Assembly: GCA_051883455.1 (NCBI GenBank)
Contig: JBJETT010000009.1
Location: 102,947 to 166,946 of the forward strand
DNA from: Christensenellales bacterium
Lineage (GTDB): Bacteria > Bacillota > Clostridia > Christensenellales > UBA3700
DNA length: 64,000 nt
Reading direction: 5' to 3'
Positions 17,075-26,573 of the stretch are shown piece after piece. The position numbers were made by a program, and so were the translations under genes. Within the stretch, counting starts at the first letter, position 1, and every line of letters starts with the position of its first letter. A model generated the notes under the pieces. It was not told the DNA's origin. It was given only the letters and a program-made list of their open reading frames with translations, and ran no database searches.

Positions 17075-17310
17075 ATACAAAAAGCGTCTTTGCTTGCACA
17101 AAGACGCCTTATGACGCGGTTCCACTTTGATTGGGCTAAAAGCCCCTCTCTATATGCTATAACGGGCACGTCCGCCTTGACATTTCCTTCAAGGAGCGAA
17201 TCGACCGCACTTTCTTGGTGTATGTCCGAGTGGCTTTCAGCCGCCGACCACTCTCTCTGTCGAACACTTGCCCAATACTCTTGTCGACTATTGCTTGTTG
17301 ATATATTGTA
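17075..17310 (-). promoter_or_regulatory. T-box riboswitch leader, Cys specifier (UGC), controlling cysE-cysS(-rsmI)
   Basis: On the minus strand, Stem I carries AGAGAGAGTGG and the specifier loop is GAAAG-TGC-GG (TGC at 17209-17207). The F-box is CCCGTTA and the T-box sequence is AAAGTGGAACCGCG. A terminator follows: AAGGCGTCTTTG-tgcaag-CAAAGACGCTTTTTGT (17078-17110). Confidence 0.85.
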
Positions 17311-17315
17311 TGTGT

Positions 17316-17344
17316 ATTATAAACTATCGGTCACACTTTGTCAA
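17316..17344 (-). promoter_or_regulatory. Sigma-A promoter of the Cys T-box leader
   Basis: Minus strand has TTGACA (17344-17339), a 17-nt spacer and TATAAT (17321-17316). The -35 begins only 5 nt after the argS stop codon. Confidence 0.7.
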
Positions 17345-17348
17345 GCGA

Positions 17349-19046
17349 TTACATTCTTTGAGGCGCTTTGATGCCGAGCATCATCAAACCGTTAAGTATG
17401 ACTTGCTTGGTCGCCGACACCAACGACAATCTCGCCTTCTTGATTGCGCCCTCTGCGTTGTTGATATTGTGCTCAAAATAGAATTTGTTAAACGCCTTGG
17501 CTACGTCAACGATATAGCGAGTCAAAATGCTTGGCTCGTACTTGCGTGCGCAATCCTTGAGAATGTCGGGATATCTGTCGAGTAGCCTGATGAGGTCGGC
17601 AGACTCTTTGTTGTCCACTCCTTGATAGTCGGCCTCGCAGTCGATAGCGCCACACCTCTCGAGTAGCGAATTGCACCTAGCGTAAGTGTATTGCACGTAA
17701 GGTCCCGTTTCGCCGTCAAAGTTGAGGGCCTTGTCGTAACTAAACACCATATCTTTGATACGAGAATTGAATAGCACGCCAAAGATTATCGCACCCACGC
17801 CCACCATCTCAGCTGTGGCTTCCTTGTCGGGCAAATCGGGGTTTTTGTCGTTGATGATATCCAACGCCTTGGCAACCGCCTTGTTGAGTACGTCCTCCAA
17901 AAAGACTACGTTGCCACCTCTCGTGGAGAGCGCTCCGTCTTCGAGCGATACCATTCCGTGTGCAACGTGCACCATGTCCTTGGACCACTCGCAACCCATC
18001 ATCTCAAGCACCTTGAAGATTTGTCTAAAGTGCAGGTTTTGTTGATAAGCTACTACGTATAGACACTTGTAGAAGTCGTAGGTCTGCTTGCGATAAAAAG
18101 CCGCCGCCATATCTCTGGTTGCATACAACGTTGCACCGTCGGCTCTCACCAACAAGCAAGGTGGCATATCTTCTTTGTCGTCAAATCTAACTACTTGCGC
18201 GCCGTCGCTAAATTCCAATAGCCCCAGTTCTCTCAATCTATCGAGTACCGGCTCCATTTTGTCGTTGTAGAAGCTCTCGCCCGCATAGCTATCGAACTTG
18301 ATAGCCAATCTGTCGTATATCTTGCCGACCTCTTTGAGGGTGATTTGTTTGAACCAATCAAATAGCTCCAAAGCCTCTTGGTTGCCGTCCTCTATCGCCT
18401 TAAACCAAGCCCTAGCCTCGTCGTCGAGCTTAGGGTTTTGCTCGGCTTCTTTGTGAAATCTTACGTAGATGTCAAGCAGTCCTCTCACGCCCCTATTGTC
18501 GATATCTTGCTTGTCGCCCCACATTTTGTAAGCAACGATAAGTTTGCCAAACTGAGTGCCCCAGTCACCGAGGTGATTGATACCTACCACGTTGTAGCCA
18601 AGCGCACCGAAGATGCGATACAACGCTCCGCCGATGACGGTATTGAGCAAGTGTCCCATATGGAAAGGCTTAGCAATATTGACGGAAGAATAGTCGATAC
18701 ATATCGTCTTGCCCTCGCCCTCGTTGCATTTGCCGTAATCGGCACCTTCGCTAGCAATTCTCTTCAATACCCTCTCGGCAAACTCAGTTTTGTTGAGAGT
18801 AAAATTGACGTAGCCAGCCACCGCCTCAACCTTGGACAAAAAGCCCGGCAATTCTACGCTACTTGCAATATTGTTAGCAATATTGATAGGTGACGTCCTA
18901 AAAATCGAAGCAAACTTGAAGCATGGCAAACAATAGTCGCCCATTGCGCTGTCCTTAGGCAAAGCTATCAAGTCGTATATTTCGTTTTCGGTCACGCCGT
19001 CAACCTTGATAAGTTGAGCAATAAGTCGTTTGTAATCCATATCCAC
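17349..19046 (-). CDS. argS: Arginine--tRNA ligase
   Basis: 565 aa with the class I HIGH variant (KPFHMGHLLN) and ArgRS add-1 and DALR-type domains by overall sequence character. The track start at 19046 is a GTG; the ATG at 19040 is an alternative. It begins 1-7 nt after the ychF stop. Confidence 0.9.
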   Translation of the reverse strand: MDMDYKRLIAQLIKVDGVTENEIYDLIALPKDSAMGDYCLPCFKFASIFRTSPINIANNIASSVELPGFLSKVEAVAGYVNFTLNKTEFAERVLKRIASEGADYGKCNEGEGKTICIDYSSVNIAKPFHMGHLLNTVIGGALYRIFGALGYNVVGINHLGDWGTQFGKLIVAYKMWGDKQDIDNRGVRGLLDIYVRFHKEAEQNPKLDDEARAWFKAIEDGNQEALELFDWFKQITLKEVGKIYDRLAIKFDSYAGESFYNDKMEPVLDRLRELGLLEFSDGAQVVRFDDKEDMPPCLLVRADGATLYATRDMAAAFYRKQTYDFYKCLYVVAYQQNLHFRQIFKVLEMMGCEWSKDMVHVAHGMVSLEDGALSTRGGNVVFLEDVLNKAVAKALDIINDKNPDLPDKEATAEMVGVGAIIFGVLFNSRIKDMVFSYDKALNFDGETGPYVQYTYARCNSLLERCGAIDCEADYQGVDNKESADLIRLLDRYPDILKDCARKYEPSILTRYIVDVAKAFNKFYFEHNINNAEGAIKKARLSLVSATKQVILNGLMMLGIKAPQRM

Positions 19047-19047
19047 C

Positions 19048-20139
19048 TTATACGTTGAAGCGGAAGAGCACCACGTCGCCGTCTTTGATGACGTAATCTT
19101 TGCCCTCGCTCCTTACCTTTCCTTTTTCTTTTGCCGCGGTATAACTACCGAGTTCAAGCAGCGTCTGCCAATCGACAATCTCTGCACGGATAAAGCCCTT
19201 CTCGAAGTCGGAGTGTATCTTGCCCGCCGCTTGAGGCGCTTTGGTCCCCTTGGTTATCGTCCAAGCTCTCGTCTCCTTTTCGCCCGCGGTAAGATAGCTG
19301 ATAAGCCCAAGCAATTCGTAGCACGCGCTGACTAGTTTGTCAAGTCCGCTCTCGTCAATGCCCAACTCCTCTTGGAACATTGCTTTGTCCTCAGGGTCCA
19401 TTCCTGCAAGGTCTTCTTCTATCTTGGCGCATAGAACTATAGTTTTGGCACCGTTGCGACTTGCATAATCCTTGACTGCCTTGACGTAATCGTTGTCGGG
19501 TTGTCCTATATCTCCCTCGCCTATGTTGGCTGCGTAGATGACGGGCTTGGTGGTGAGCAAGAACATATCGTTGATGATTGCTCTCTCGTCGTCGTTCATC
19601 TCGATAAGACGAGCAGGCTTGCCACTCTCGAGCTCTTGATATACTCTATCGAGAAAATCCGCTTCGACAAGATACTTTTTGTCGCCACCCTTGGCGCTTG
19701 ACCTTGCCTTGGCGCTTCTTCTTTGCACCGTCTCCATATCGGCAAAAATCAACTCGAACTCTATCGTTTCGATATCTCTTAGCGGATTGACGCTACCGTC
19801 TACGTGCGTGATATTGGCGTCGTCAAAGCATCTGACCACGTGCACGATTGCATCAACCTCTCTAATATGTGACAAAAACTTGTTGCCAAGTCCCTCGCCC
19901 TTGGACGCACCCTTGACGAGTCCCGCGATATCGACAAATTCCAACACCGTCGGAGTAATCTTTTTGCTGTTGTAGAGTTTTGCCAATGCGTCGAGTCTTG
20001 GGTCGGGCACGGCTACCACGCCCACGTTGGGCTCTATGGTGCAAAACGGATAGTTGGCACTCTCTGCGCCCGCTTGAGTGATTGCGTTGAAAAGGGTACT
20101 TTTGCCTACGTTAGGAAGTCCCACTACGCCTAATTTCAT
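19048..20139 (-). CDS. ychF: Redox-regulated ATPase YchF (Obg-like)
   Basis: 363 aa. [22 protein letters not shown]-loop, [12 protein letters not shown] and a TGS C-terminal domain. GAGGT RBS present. Confidence 0.9.
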   Translation of the reverse strand: MKLGVVGLPNVGKSTLFNAITQAGAESANYPFCTIEPNVGVVAVPDPRLDALAKLYNSKKITPTVLEFVDIAGLVKGASKGEGLGNKFLSHIREVDAIVHVVRCFDDANITHVDGSVNPLRDIETIEFELIFADMETVQRRSAKARSSAKGGDKKYLVEADFLDRVYQELESGKPARLIEMNDDERAIINDMFLLTTKPVIYAANIGEGDIGQPDNDYVKAVKDYASRNGAKTIVLCAKIEEDLAGMDPEDKAMFQEELGIDESGLDKLVSACYELLGLISYLTAGEKETRAWTITKGTKAPQAAGKIHSDFEKGFIRAEIVDWQTLLELGSYTAAKEKGKVRSEGKDYVIKDGDVVLFRFNV

Positions 20140-20349
20140 AGTTTACCTCTCGTCTATATAATGTCTATATTATTATAATTAAAATCAACCTACAAGTAAA
20201 GCAAAATTATCAAAAGCGTTGCTTTGGCTATCTTTTGACAATTTCGTCTACCGCCTGTACGACCAATCCTATCGCCTGAAAAATAATGTTTTTGTCAGCA
20301 GTAACTATAAAAAACTCGATACGTGTCTATTATTTGGAAAAATCGGTAT

Positions 20350-20378
20350 CAAAAAAGACAAGGCTTTCGCCTTGTCGT
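20350..20378 (-). terminator. Intrinsic terminator of the lipoprotein gene
   Basis: Minus strand GACAAGGC-gaaa-GCCTTGTC is an 8-bp stem with a GNRA loop, followed by TTTTTTG. Confidence 0.75.
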
Positions 20379-20383
20379 TTCTT

Positions 20384-21451
20384 TTACTTTCCGCTGTATC
20401 TTCTACAATTTTCTACCCACGACAAATCCGTTACGCTAAGCTTGCTCACATTGTCTTGGTTGTAGGTGAAGTATCTATAATACTTGTTTTGAGAAGTGCC
20501 GTGGAATAATACTATCGTCGCTTCCCAGCTATTGTAAGTATAGTAGTATCTCATAAGACCGCAATCCCAAATCTGCATGGTCACTTCGTGGAAAACGTAG
20601 TCCAAATCGCTAGAGCCGGTGGACTTTCTCAGTCCTTCTCTACCGAGATTGAGAGCGGCGGATTTTGGGTCTACCTTGATGAATACTTCGTAGTAGCCCT
20701 CTTGGTCGTTGTGAGTAATGCTTGCCTCTTGGATATACTCTGCCAAAATGTTGGCGTTGTCTATGTCTTGGTAGTGTTTGTTGATTTTACCTTCTCCGCT
20801 TGCAACCCATTGTTTGTCGTTGTATTTGGTGCCTTTGCTTGCCTTGTCCCAATTGATATATCCGCCCTCACCCGGCTTGAAGTTGGCAACGGAATCGTTG
20901 TCAAGTCCACCCTTGTTTTGCTTATAGAAGACGGTGCCGTCAGGTGAGTAAGTTCTCTCAGCATAGTTGAGCAAACCTCTTACTACGCCGAGTAGGCTGG
21001 ACTCTTTTCCACTCTTTTTGTCGGTACCCGTCATTACGTAGCCGTATCCTTCGTAGAACTTGGTAGTACCTACGTTGCAGTTGTACTCTCTAACTTCCAT
21101 ATCTCCACGAAGGTCTAACGCTCCCTCATATACCACGTCTGCAAAACCTCTACCTTCCGATACCGATGCGCTAAAAGCTACTTTATGCGCGTTTTCGTTG
21201 ACAAGTTGATAGAGATACGAAGCCGACTCCAACACTGCCTCGCTGGTAGTCTTGTCTGCGCTGATAGTAACTTTGGCAGCATCGACAGCCACGGCACCTT
21301 GGCTAGCAGTAGCGGTAGGAACAACCATTATGTCGTCGTAGTCGGTTGAAATGGAATTGGCACTGCTACTGTCGTTGTTGCAACCCGCAAACATCGTCAT
21401 ACACGTAATAGCAACTAGTATGCATACGGCAATAATTCTAAATTTTTTCAT
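20384..21451 (-). CDS. Lipoprotein, function unknown
   Basis: 355 aa. The signal peptide carries a lipobox (MKKFRIIAVCILVAITCMTMFAGC|NNDSSS). No catalytic motif recognised. Confidence 0.7.
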   Translation of the reverse strand: MKKFRIIAVCILVAITCMTMFAGCNNDSSSANSISTDYDDIMVVPTATASQGAVAVDAAKVTISADKTTSEAVLESASYLYQLVNENAHKVAFSASVSEGRGFADVVYEGALDLRGDMEVREYNCNVGTTKFYEGYGYVMTGTDKKSGKESSLLGVVRGLLNYAERTYSPDGTVFYKQNKGGLDNDSVANFKPGEGGYINWDKASKGTKYNDKQWVASGEGKINKHYQDIDNANILAEYIQEASITHNDQEGYYEVFIKVDPKSAALNLGREGLRKSTGSSDLDYVFHEVTMQIWDCGLMRYYYTYNSWEATIVLFHGTSQNKYYRYFTYNQDNVSKLSVTDLSWVENCRRYSGK

Positions 21452-21518
21452 AATTCTTCTCTCTTATCTTTTTTGCAAGACTATGCGCCCTTGCGCAAAT
21501 ACCGTCCCACTAACTTTG

Positions 21519-21548
21519 ATTATATAAGATTTGGTCTTTTTTTGTCAA
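21519..21548 (-). promoter_or_regulatory. Sigma-A-type promoter of the lipoprotein gene
   Basis: Minus strand has TTGACA (21548-21543), an 18-nt spacer and TATAAT (21524-21519). Confidence 0.55.
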
Positions 21549-21618
21549 GACCATATAATATTATAGACAATTTATATGCTTTTTTGGGATATTGCGACAA
21601 CGAGCATACGCTCAAAAG

Positions 21619-21647
21619 TTGTATTGATAAGCTATGTATGTTATAAT
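21619..21647 (+). promoter_or_regulatory. Extended -10 promoter predicting a leaderless plsY mRNA
   Basis: TGtTATAAT (21639-21647) with a weak -35 TTGTAT (21619-21624, 17-nt spacer). The plsY ATG at 21654 starts 7 nt after the -10, and no SD is present. Confidence 0.45.
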
Positions 21648-21653
21648 CTTGCC

Positions 21654-22307
21654 ATGAGCATACCAAAATTGATTATTTATATAGCGTTGTGCGTTGCAAC
21701 GTATCTTGTCGGCGCAATCAACTTTGCAATAATATTTGCAAAAAAGGCGGGCAAGGATATCCTCAACAGCGGAAGCGGTAACCCCGGTACTATGAACGTA
21801 CTTAGAGTGGCGGGCAAAAAATGGGGCGCCTTGACCTTCCTATGCGACGCACTCAAAGGCTTGGCTTTTACTCTCGTGGCTAGATTTTTCTTTTGCGGGG
21901 AGACTTTTGCCTTAGCTCTGGTAATCGGTCTTATCGCAATAGTCGGACATGTCTTCCCGATTTATACCCACTTTAAAGGTGGCAAGGGCGTTGCAACTTC
22001 TATCGGCGTATTTATGGCAATTATGCCGATACCTACTAGCATAGTGCTCGTACTACTTATTTTGTGGCTTTTCTTTGGCAAGTACGGCTTTATCGGCTCG
22101 CTCGTTGCAATCACCTCTCTATCAATCATATCTTGCATAATCAATCGGGATAGCGTATCTTGCATAATAATATCAATCGTCATTACCCTACTCGTATGGT
22201 GGACGCACCGTAGCAACATCGCACGCCTTGTCAAAGGCAACGAAAATACTTTGCAACTGGCGAAAAAAGACAAAAAACCAACCGACGACAATGGAGAAGC
22301 AAAATAA
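21654..22307 (+). CDS. plsY: Glycerol-3-phosphate acyltransferase PlsY
   Basis: GSGNPGTMNVLR and HVFPIYTHFKGGKGVAT are the PlsY signature motifs. I prefer the ATG at 21654 (217 aa, MSIPKLIIYIALC...) because the 26 extra residues of the track ORF are not PlsY-like. Confidence 0.8.
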   Translation: MSIPKLIIYIALCVATYLVGAINFAIIFAKKAGKDILNSGSGNPGTMNVLRVAGKKWGALTFLCDALKGLAFTLVARFFFCGETFALALVIGLIAIVGHVFPIYTHFKGGKGVATSIGVFMAIMPIPTSIVLVLLILWLFFGKYGFIGSLVAITSLSIISCIINRDSVSCIIISIVITLLVWWTHRSNIARLVKGNENTLQLAKKDKKPTDDNGEAK

Positions 22308-22323
22308 CAATTAACCAACTAAT

Positions 22324-22360
22324 ACAAAAGAACGGCAATTTAGCCGTTCTTTTGTATTTT
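22324..22360. terminator. Bidirectional terminator between convergent plsY and alaS
   Basis: ACAAAAGAACGGC-aattta-GCCGTTCTTTTGT is a 13-bp stem followed by ATTTT. The upstream side is A-rich. Confidence 0.8.
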
Positions 22361-22494
22361 GCTTGTAATTGCTAGCAATATTTTTATAAATCCCTATTTC
22401 ATTAGGCTAATAGCTAAGTAATTTGGTTTGCTTGTTATGCAAGCTGATTTATCTAATATTGCAATTTAGGCAACACGTATTGAGTTTTTGCGCT

Positions 22495-24291
22495 TTATTT
22501 TGCCTTGGTGGTGTCGATGACGGCTTTGATACGTCTAATGCCTGCCGAGGACGATTGCTCCTTGACAATCTTGAACTCGCCGAGTAATCCCGTCCTCTCT
22601 GCGTGTGGTCCGCCACAGATTTGGCAGTCTACGTCGCCTATGGTGTATACCTTGACTACTTCGCCGTAGCGAGAGCCGAACACGCCGACAGCGTTGATTT
22701 CTCTTGCCTTCTCGATAGGCATCTCCTCGCATACTACGGGGATATCGCGAGCGATTGCGTCGTTGACGAATTTCTCTACGCCTTTCTTTTCTTCTTCGGT
22801 GAGAGGACGCTCGAAGTTGAAGTCAAATCTCAATCTCTCTGCCGTGATATTGCTACCCTTTTGCTCGATATCGTCTCTGCCGAGCACCTTTTTGAGTCCT
22901 GCAAGCATAAGGTGGGTGGCGGTATGCAAGTAGGTTGTTTGCTCTCCGCTGTCTGCTAGTCCGCCCTTAAACTTTTGTTCTGCGCCCGCTTGCGACTTCT
23001 TTTGGTGTTCTGCAAATGCGTTGTGATAGCCCTCGATATCCACGCCGAAGCCCTTCTCCTTGCAAATCTCTTGCGTCATCTCGATAGGGAAGCCGTAGGT
23101 GTCGTAAAGTCTAAACGCAGTCTTGCCGTTGAGCATACCGTTTTGGACGAATTTGAGCACTTTTTCTATCTCTTTGATACCGTTCTCGAGAGTCTTGCCA
23201 AACTTTTCTTCTTCCTTGGCAACCTCTGTCAGCACCTTGTCTCTATTGTCGGCAAGCTCGGTGTAAATGTCGCAATATTTGTCGATAAACATCTCGGCGA
23301 TAGTAACGAGTTCTTTGCTGTCCATGCCGAGTTGTCTTGCAAATCTTACCGAGCGACGAAGAAGTCTACGAAGCACGTAGCCTTGGTCAACGTTGGACGG
23401 AACGATACCCTTTTCGTCGCCTATCATAAAGGTTGCGGTGCGCATGTGGTCGGCAATGATACGCATTGCGCGAGTTTCTTCCTCGTCCTTGCCGTATTCT
23501 TTGCCACAAAGACTGCTAATTTTGGCAATGACGTCGGCAAAAAGGTCGGTTTCGTACACCGATTGATAGCCGTTGAGCATACAGATAGTTCTCTCGAGTC
23601 CCATACCCGTGTCTACGTTCTTTTGCGCGAGCGGTTGGAAGTTGCCATCCTTGTCACGGTTGAATTGCATAAATACGTTGTTCCAAATCTCAACGTACTT
23701 ACCGCAATCGCAAGCAGGTGAGCAGTCCTCTCCACAAGGCTCCTTGCCCGTATCTATGAATATCTCGGTGTCGCTGCCGCAAGGTCCGGTAGGTCCTGCG
23801 TACCACCAGTTGTTCTCCTTAGGTAGATAGAAGATTTTGTCCTTGGCAATGCCGAGTTCGTTCCACTTCTTAGCGGCAATTTCGTCTCTTTCGCAATCCT
23901 CGTCGCCCGCAAAAACGCTGACGGCAATCTTCTCGGCAGGTATCTCCAAGACCTTGGTCAAAAATTCGAAACTGAATTCTATCGACTCTTCTCTAAAGTA
24001 GTCGCCCAAAGACCAGTTGCCCAGCATCTCGAAGAAGGTGCAGTGCGTTGCATCGCCCACTTCGTCGATATCGCCCGTTCTCACGCACTTTTGCACGTCG
24101 CATAGGCGCTTGCCTGCCGGGTGTTTTTGTCCCAAAAGATACGGTACCAACGGATGCATACCAGCGGTGGTAAAGAGTACCGACGGATCGTTCTCCGGGA
24201 TAAGCGAAGCAGACGGAATAACTGCGTGTCCCTTGGACTTGAAAAACTCCAAATAGCTCTCTCTAAGCTCTCTTGATGTCATTTTTTTCAT
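22495..24291 (-). CDS. alaS: Alanine--tRNA ligase, short form (catalytic + tRNA-recognition + minimal editing core; no C-Ala domain)
   Basis: 598 aa. The AlaRS N-terminus is present (RESYLEFFKSKGHAVIPSASLIPENDPSVLFTTAGM, FFEMLGNWSLGDYF). The editing-site metal ligands HTATHL and CGGPH are also present. The protein ends about 30 aa after CGGPH. GAGGA RBS present. Confidence 0.85.
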   Translation of the reverse strand: MKKMTSRELRESYLEFFKSKGHAVIPSASLIPENDPSVLFTTAGMHPLVPYLLGQKHPAGKRLCDVQKCVRTGDIDEVGDATHCTFFEMLGNWSLGDYFREESIEFSFEFLTKVLEIPAEKIAVSVFAGDEDCERDEIAAKKWNELGIAKDKIFYLPKENNWWYAGPTGPCGSDTEIFIDTGKEPCGEDCSPACDCGKYVEIWNNVFMQFNRDKDGNFQPLAQKNVDTGMGLERTICMLNGYQSVYETDLFADVIAKISSLCGKEYGKDEEETRAMRIIADHMRTATFMIGDEKGIVPSNVDQGYVLRRLLRRSVRFARQLGMDSKELVTIAEMFIDKYCDIYTELADNRDKVLTEVAKEEEKFGKTLENGIKEIEKVLKFVQNGMLNGKTAFRLYDTYGFPIEMTQEICKEKGFGVDIEGYHNAFAEHQKKSQAGAEQKFKGGLADSGEQTTYLHTATHLMLAGLKKVLGRDDIEQKGSNITAERLRFDFNFERPLTEEEKKGVEKFVNDAIARDIPVVCEEMPIEKAREINAVGVFGSRYGEVVKVYTIGDVDCQICGGPHAERTGLLGEFKIVKEQSSSAGIRRIKAVIDTTKAK

Positions 24292-24305
24292 AATATATTC
24301 CTCTT

Positions 24306-26426
24306 TTAGTTATAAAATAAGATATCTGAATAGGTTGGATATGGCCAAATTTCCTTTGGCATCATTCCTTCTAGTTTGTCGATGACTTCCCTAATGCTAT
24401 CCATAAGCGTAAGCACTTGGTCTCTCACCAATATAGCCTGCTTGTTGACGTCCTTGCTCTGTCCTGCCGTATTTTTGGCAAACTTGAGCTTTTCTATTCT
24501 GTTGTCCAGCATATTGAGTAGCTCCGACACGTTGAGCAGGTGTTTGTTTTGCACGTCGGCAAGATTAGGCGCAACGAGGTTGAGCGCATTGATTTGAGAA
24601 GCGAGAATGCTTTGGTACTTCATAGTCGCCGGCAAAATGTTTTGCTTGACCATCATTATCAAAGTTTCCGCTTCGATGCCCGCCGACTTGATATAGTTGT
24701 CCAGATATATCGCCTGTCTGCTCTCTATCTCTCTGCGAGTCATAACTTTGTGCTTCTCGAAAAGTTCGACGTTCTTATCCCTAGTGAAGGTCTCGTAAGC
24801 GTCGACGCTGTTCTCCAACACTTCCAAGCCTCTTCGACGAGCCTCTTTGCTCCACTCTTTGCTGTAGCCGTTGCCGTTAAACACGACTCTGCGGTGCTCT
24901 TCGTACAAGTCTTTTACCAGCTCGACTATTGCCTTGTCTAGTTCACTTGGCTTAACCTTCTCTAGTCTGTCGCAAATATCGGAGAGCACGTCCGCCGTAG
25001 TAGTATTGAGTATGACACACGGCGTGGATAGCGTTGCCGATGCTCCTACCATTCTAAACTCAAACTTGTTGCCCGTGAATGCGATTGGTGCGGTACGGTT
25101 GCGGTCGCTGGTATCCTTGCCTAGCTCGGCTAGATAATTGACGCCCGACTTGATATATTCTTTGACTCTTACTCCCACTTCTTCGCCTGCGCAAATGGAG
25201 TCGAACATCTTTTCCATATCCTCGCCCGTGTAAACGGAGATGATGGCGGGAGGCGCTTCGTTGCCGCCAAGTCTTGCCTCGTTGCCAAGGCTCGCCGCGC
25301 TCATGCGGATTAGGTCGGCATACTTGTCCACCGCCGCGATGACCGCCGTAAAGAACAACAAAAACGTCCTATTGTGGCTTGGGTCGCTACCCGGTTTGAG
25401 CAAATTGACTCCGTCGTCTGTGCTCAAAGACCAGTTGCAATGCTTGCCGCTGCCGTTGATATTGGCGAAAGGTTTCTCGTGTAACAAACACGCAAGATTG
25501 TGATTTTCCGCCACCTTCTTGAGCGTCTCCATGATAAGTTGATTTTGGTCGGTGGCAAGGTTGGCAACGCTGAAGATTGGCGCAAGCTCGTGTTGAGCAG
25601 GCGCTGCTTCGTTGTGCTCCGTCTTGGCGGTGATGCCGAGCTTCCAAAGTTCTTCGTCCACGTCCGCCATAAAGTCGCTGACTCTATCTCTGATAGAGGC
25701 GTAATATTGGTCGTTCTTCTCCTGTCCCTTTGGTGGGAGCGCACCAAAGAGAGTCCTGCCCGTAAATCTAAGGTCGTCACGCCTGTTGAAGTCCTTTTTG
25801 TCAATCAAAAAGTACTCTTGCTCTCCGCCCACGTTGACGATAACCTTGTTTGCTTGCACGCCCAAAATTTTGAGCAGTCTAAGTCCTTGCTTGTTGATGG
25901 CTTCCATTGACTTGAGTAGCGGAGTCTTTTTGTCAAGCGCGTCGCCCGTATAACTGCAAAACGCCGTAGGAATATACAACACGCCCGTACCGTTTTTGCT
26001 TCTCTTGATAAAAGCAGGCGACGAGCAGTCCCATATAGTGTATCCCCTAGCCTCGAAGGTAGCCCTTATGCCTCCCGAAGGGAAAGACGATGCGTCGGCT
26101 TCGCCCTTGCGAAGATTGCTACCCGTAAATTCCAATACGGTATTGCCGTTTTTGTCCAAAGCAATAAAGCTGTCGTGCTTCTCCGCCGTTGTGCCCGTCA
26201 AAGGCTGAAACCAATGGGTGTAGTGTGTCGCGCCGTTTTGCGAAGCCCATTCTTTCATTGCGGCGGCTACCTCGTTGGCAAGCTCTTTGCCAAGTTGTTT
26301 GCCCTGGTCGATGACCTCTCTCAGCTCTCTGTACGCACTCTCGGAAAGATACTTCTTCATGGTCGCGTCGTCAAAAACGTTGCAACCAAAAAAATCAGTT
26401 ATTTTTTTACTCTCGGTAATTCGCAT
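24306..26426 (-). CDS. glnN: Glutamine synthetase, type III
   Basis: I take the ATG at 26426, preceded by AAAGGAG (706 aa). ITDFFGCNVFDDATMKKYL...GATHYTHWFQPLTGTTAEKHDSFI is the characteristic GSIII N-terminus, and the size is typical (about 700 aa). Confidence 0.9.
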   Translation of the reverse strand: MRITESKKITDFFGCNVFDDATMKKYLSESAYRELREVIDQGKQLGKELANEVAAAMKEWASQNGATHYTHWFQPLTGTTAEKHDSFIALDKNGNTVLEFTGSNLRKGEADASSFPSGGIRATFEARGYTIWDCSSPAFIKRSKNGTGVLYIPTAFCSYTGDALDKKTPLLKSMEAINKQGLRLLKILGVQANKVIVNVGGEQEYFLIDKKDFNRRDDLRFTGRTLFGALPPKGQEKNDQYYASIRDRVSDFMADVDEELWKLGITAKTEHNEAAPAQHELAPIFSVANLATDQNQLIMETLKKVAENHNLACLLHEKPFANINGSGKHCNWSLSTDDGVNLLKPGSDPSHNRTFLLFFTAVIAAVDKYADLIRMSAASLGNEARLGGNEAPPAIISVYTGEDMEKMFDSICAGEEVGVRVKEYIKSGVNYLAELGKDTSDRNRTAPIAFTGNKFEFRMVGASATLSTPCVILNTTTADVLSDICDRLEKVKPSELDKAIVELVKDLYEEHRRVVFNGNGYSKEWSKEARRRGLEVLENSVDAYETFTRDKNVELFEKHKVMTRREIESRQAIYLDNYIKSAGIEAETLIMMVKQNILPATMKYQSILASQINALNLVAPNLADVQNKHLLNVSELLNMLDNRIEKLKFAKNTAGQSKDVNKQAILVRDQVLTLMDSIREVIDKLEGMMPKEIWPYPTYSDILFYN

Positions 26427-26477
26427 ACTTGCTCCTTTGCCTAAGTCTTTAGAATATTTATATTTTATATTAACGAT

Positions 26478-26510
26478 AAAAAAATAGCAAGGTTTTGACC
26501 TCACTATTTT
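26478..26510 (-). terminator. Probable terminator of the ABC transporter gene
   Basis: Minus strand AAAATAG-tg-AGGT-caaa-ACCT-tg-CTATTTTTTT is an interrupted stem followed by a T7 run. Confidence 0.55.
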
Positions 26511-26573
26511 ATATTTTTGATAATTAATCGTTATTTATTTGCTAAATATTTCATTTTTTGATAATCTTACGTT

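Noticed and set aside
16215-17114. 299-aa plus-strand ORF and neighbouring plus-strand ORFs across cysS/cysE.
   Set aside because: They are antisense to cysE/cysS, which carry full catalytic motifs, and they would also run through the T-box leader.
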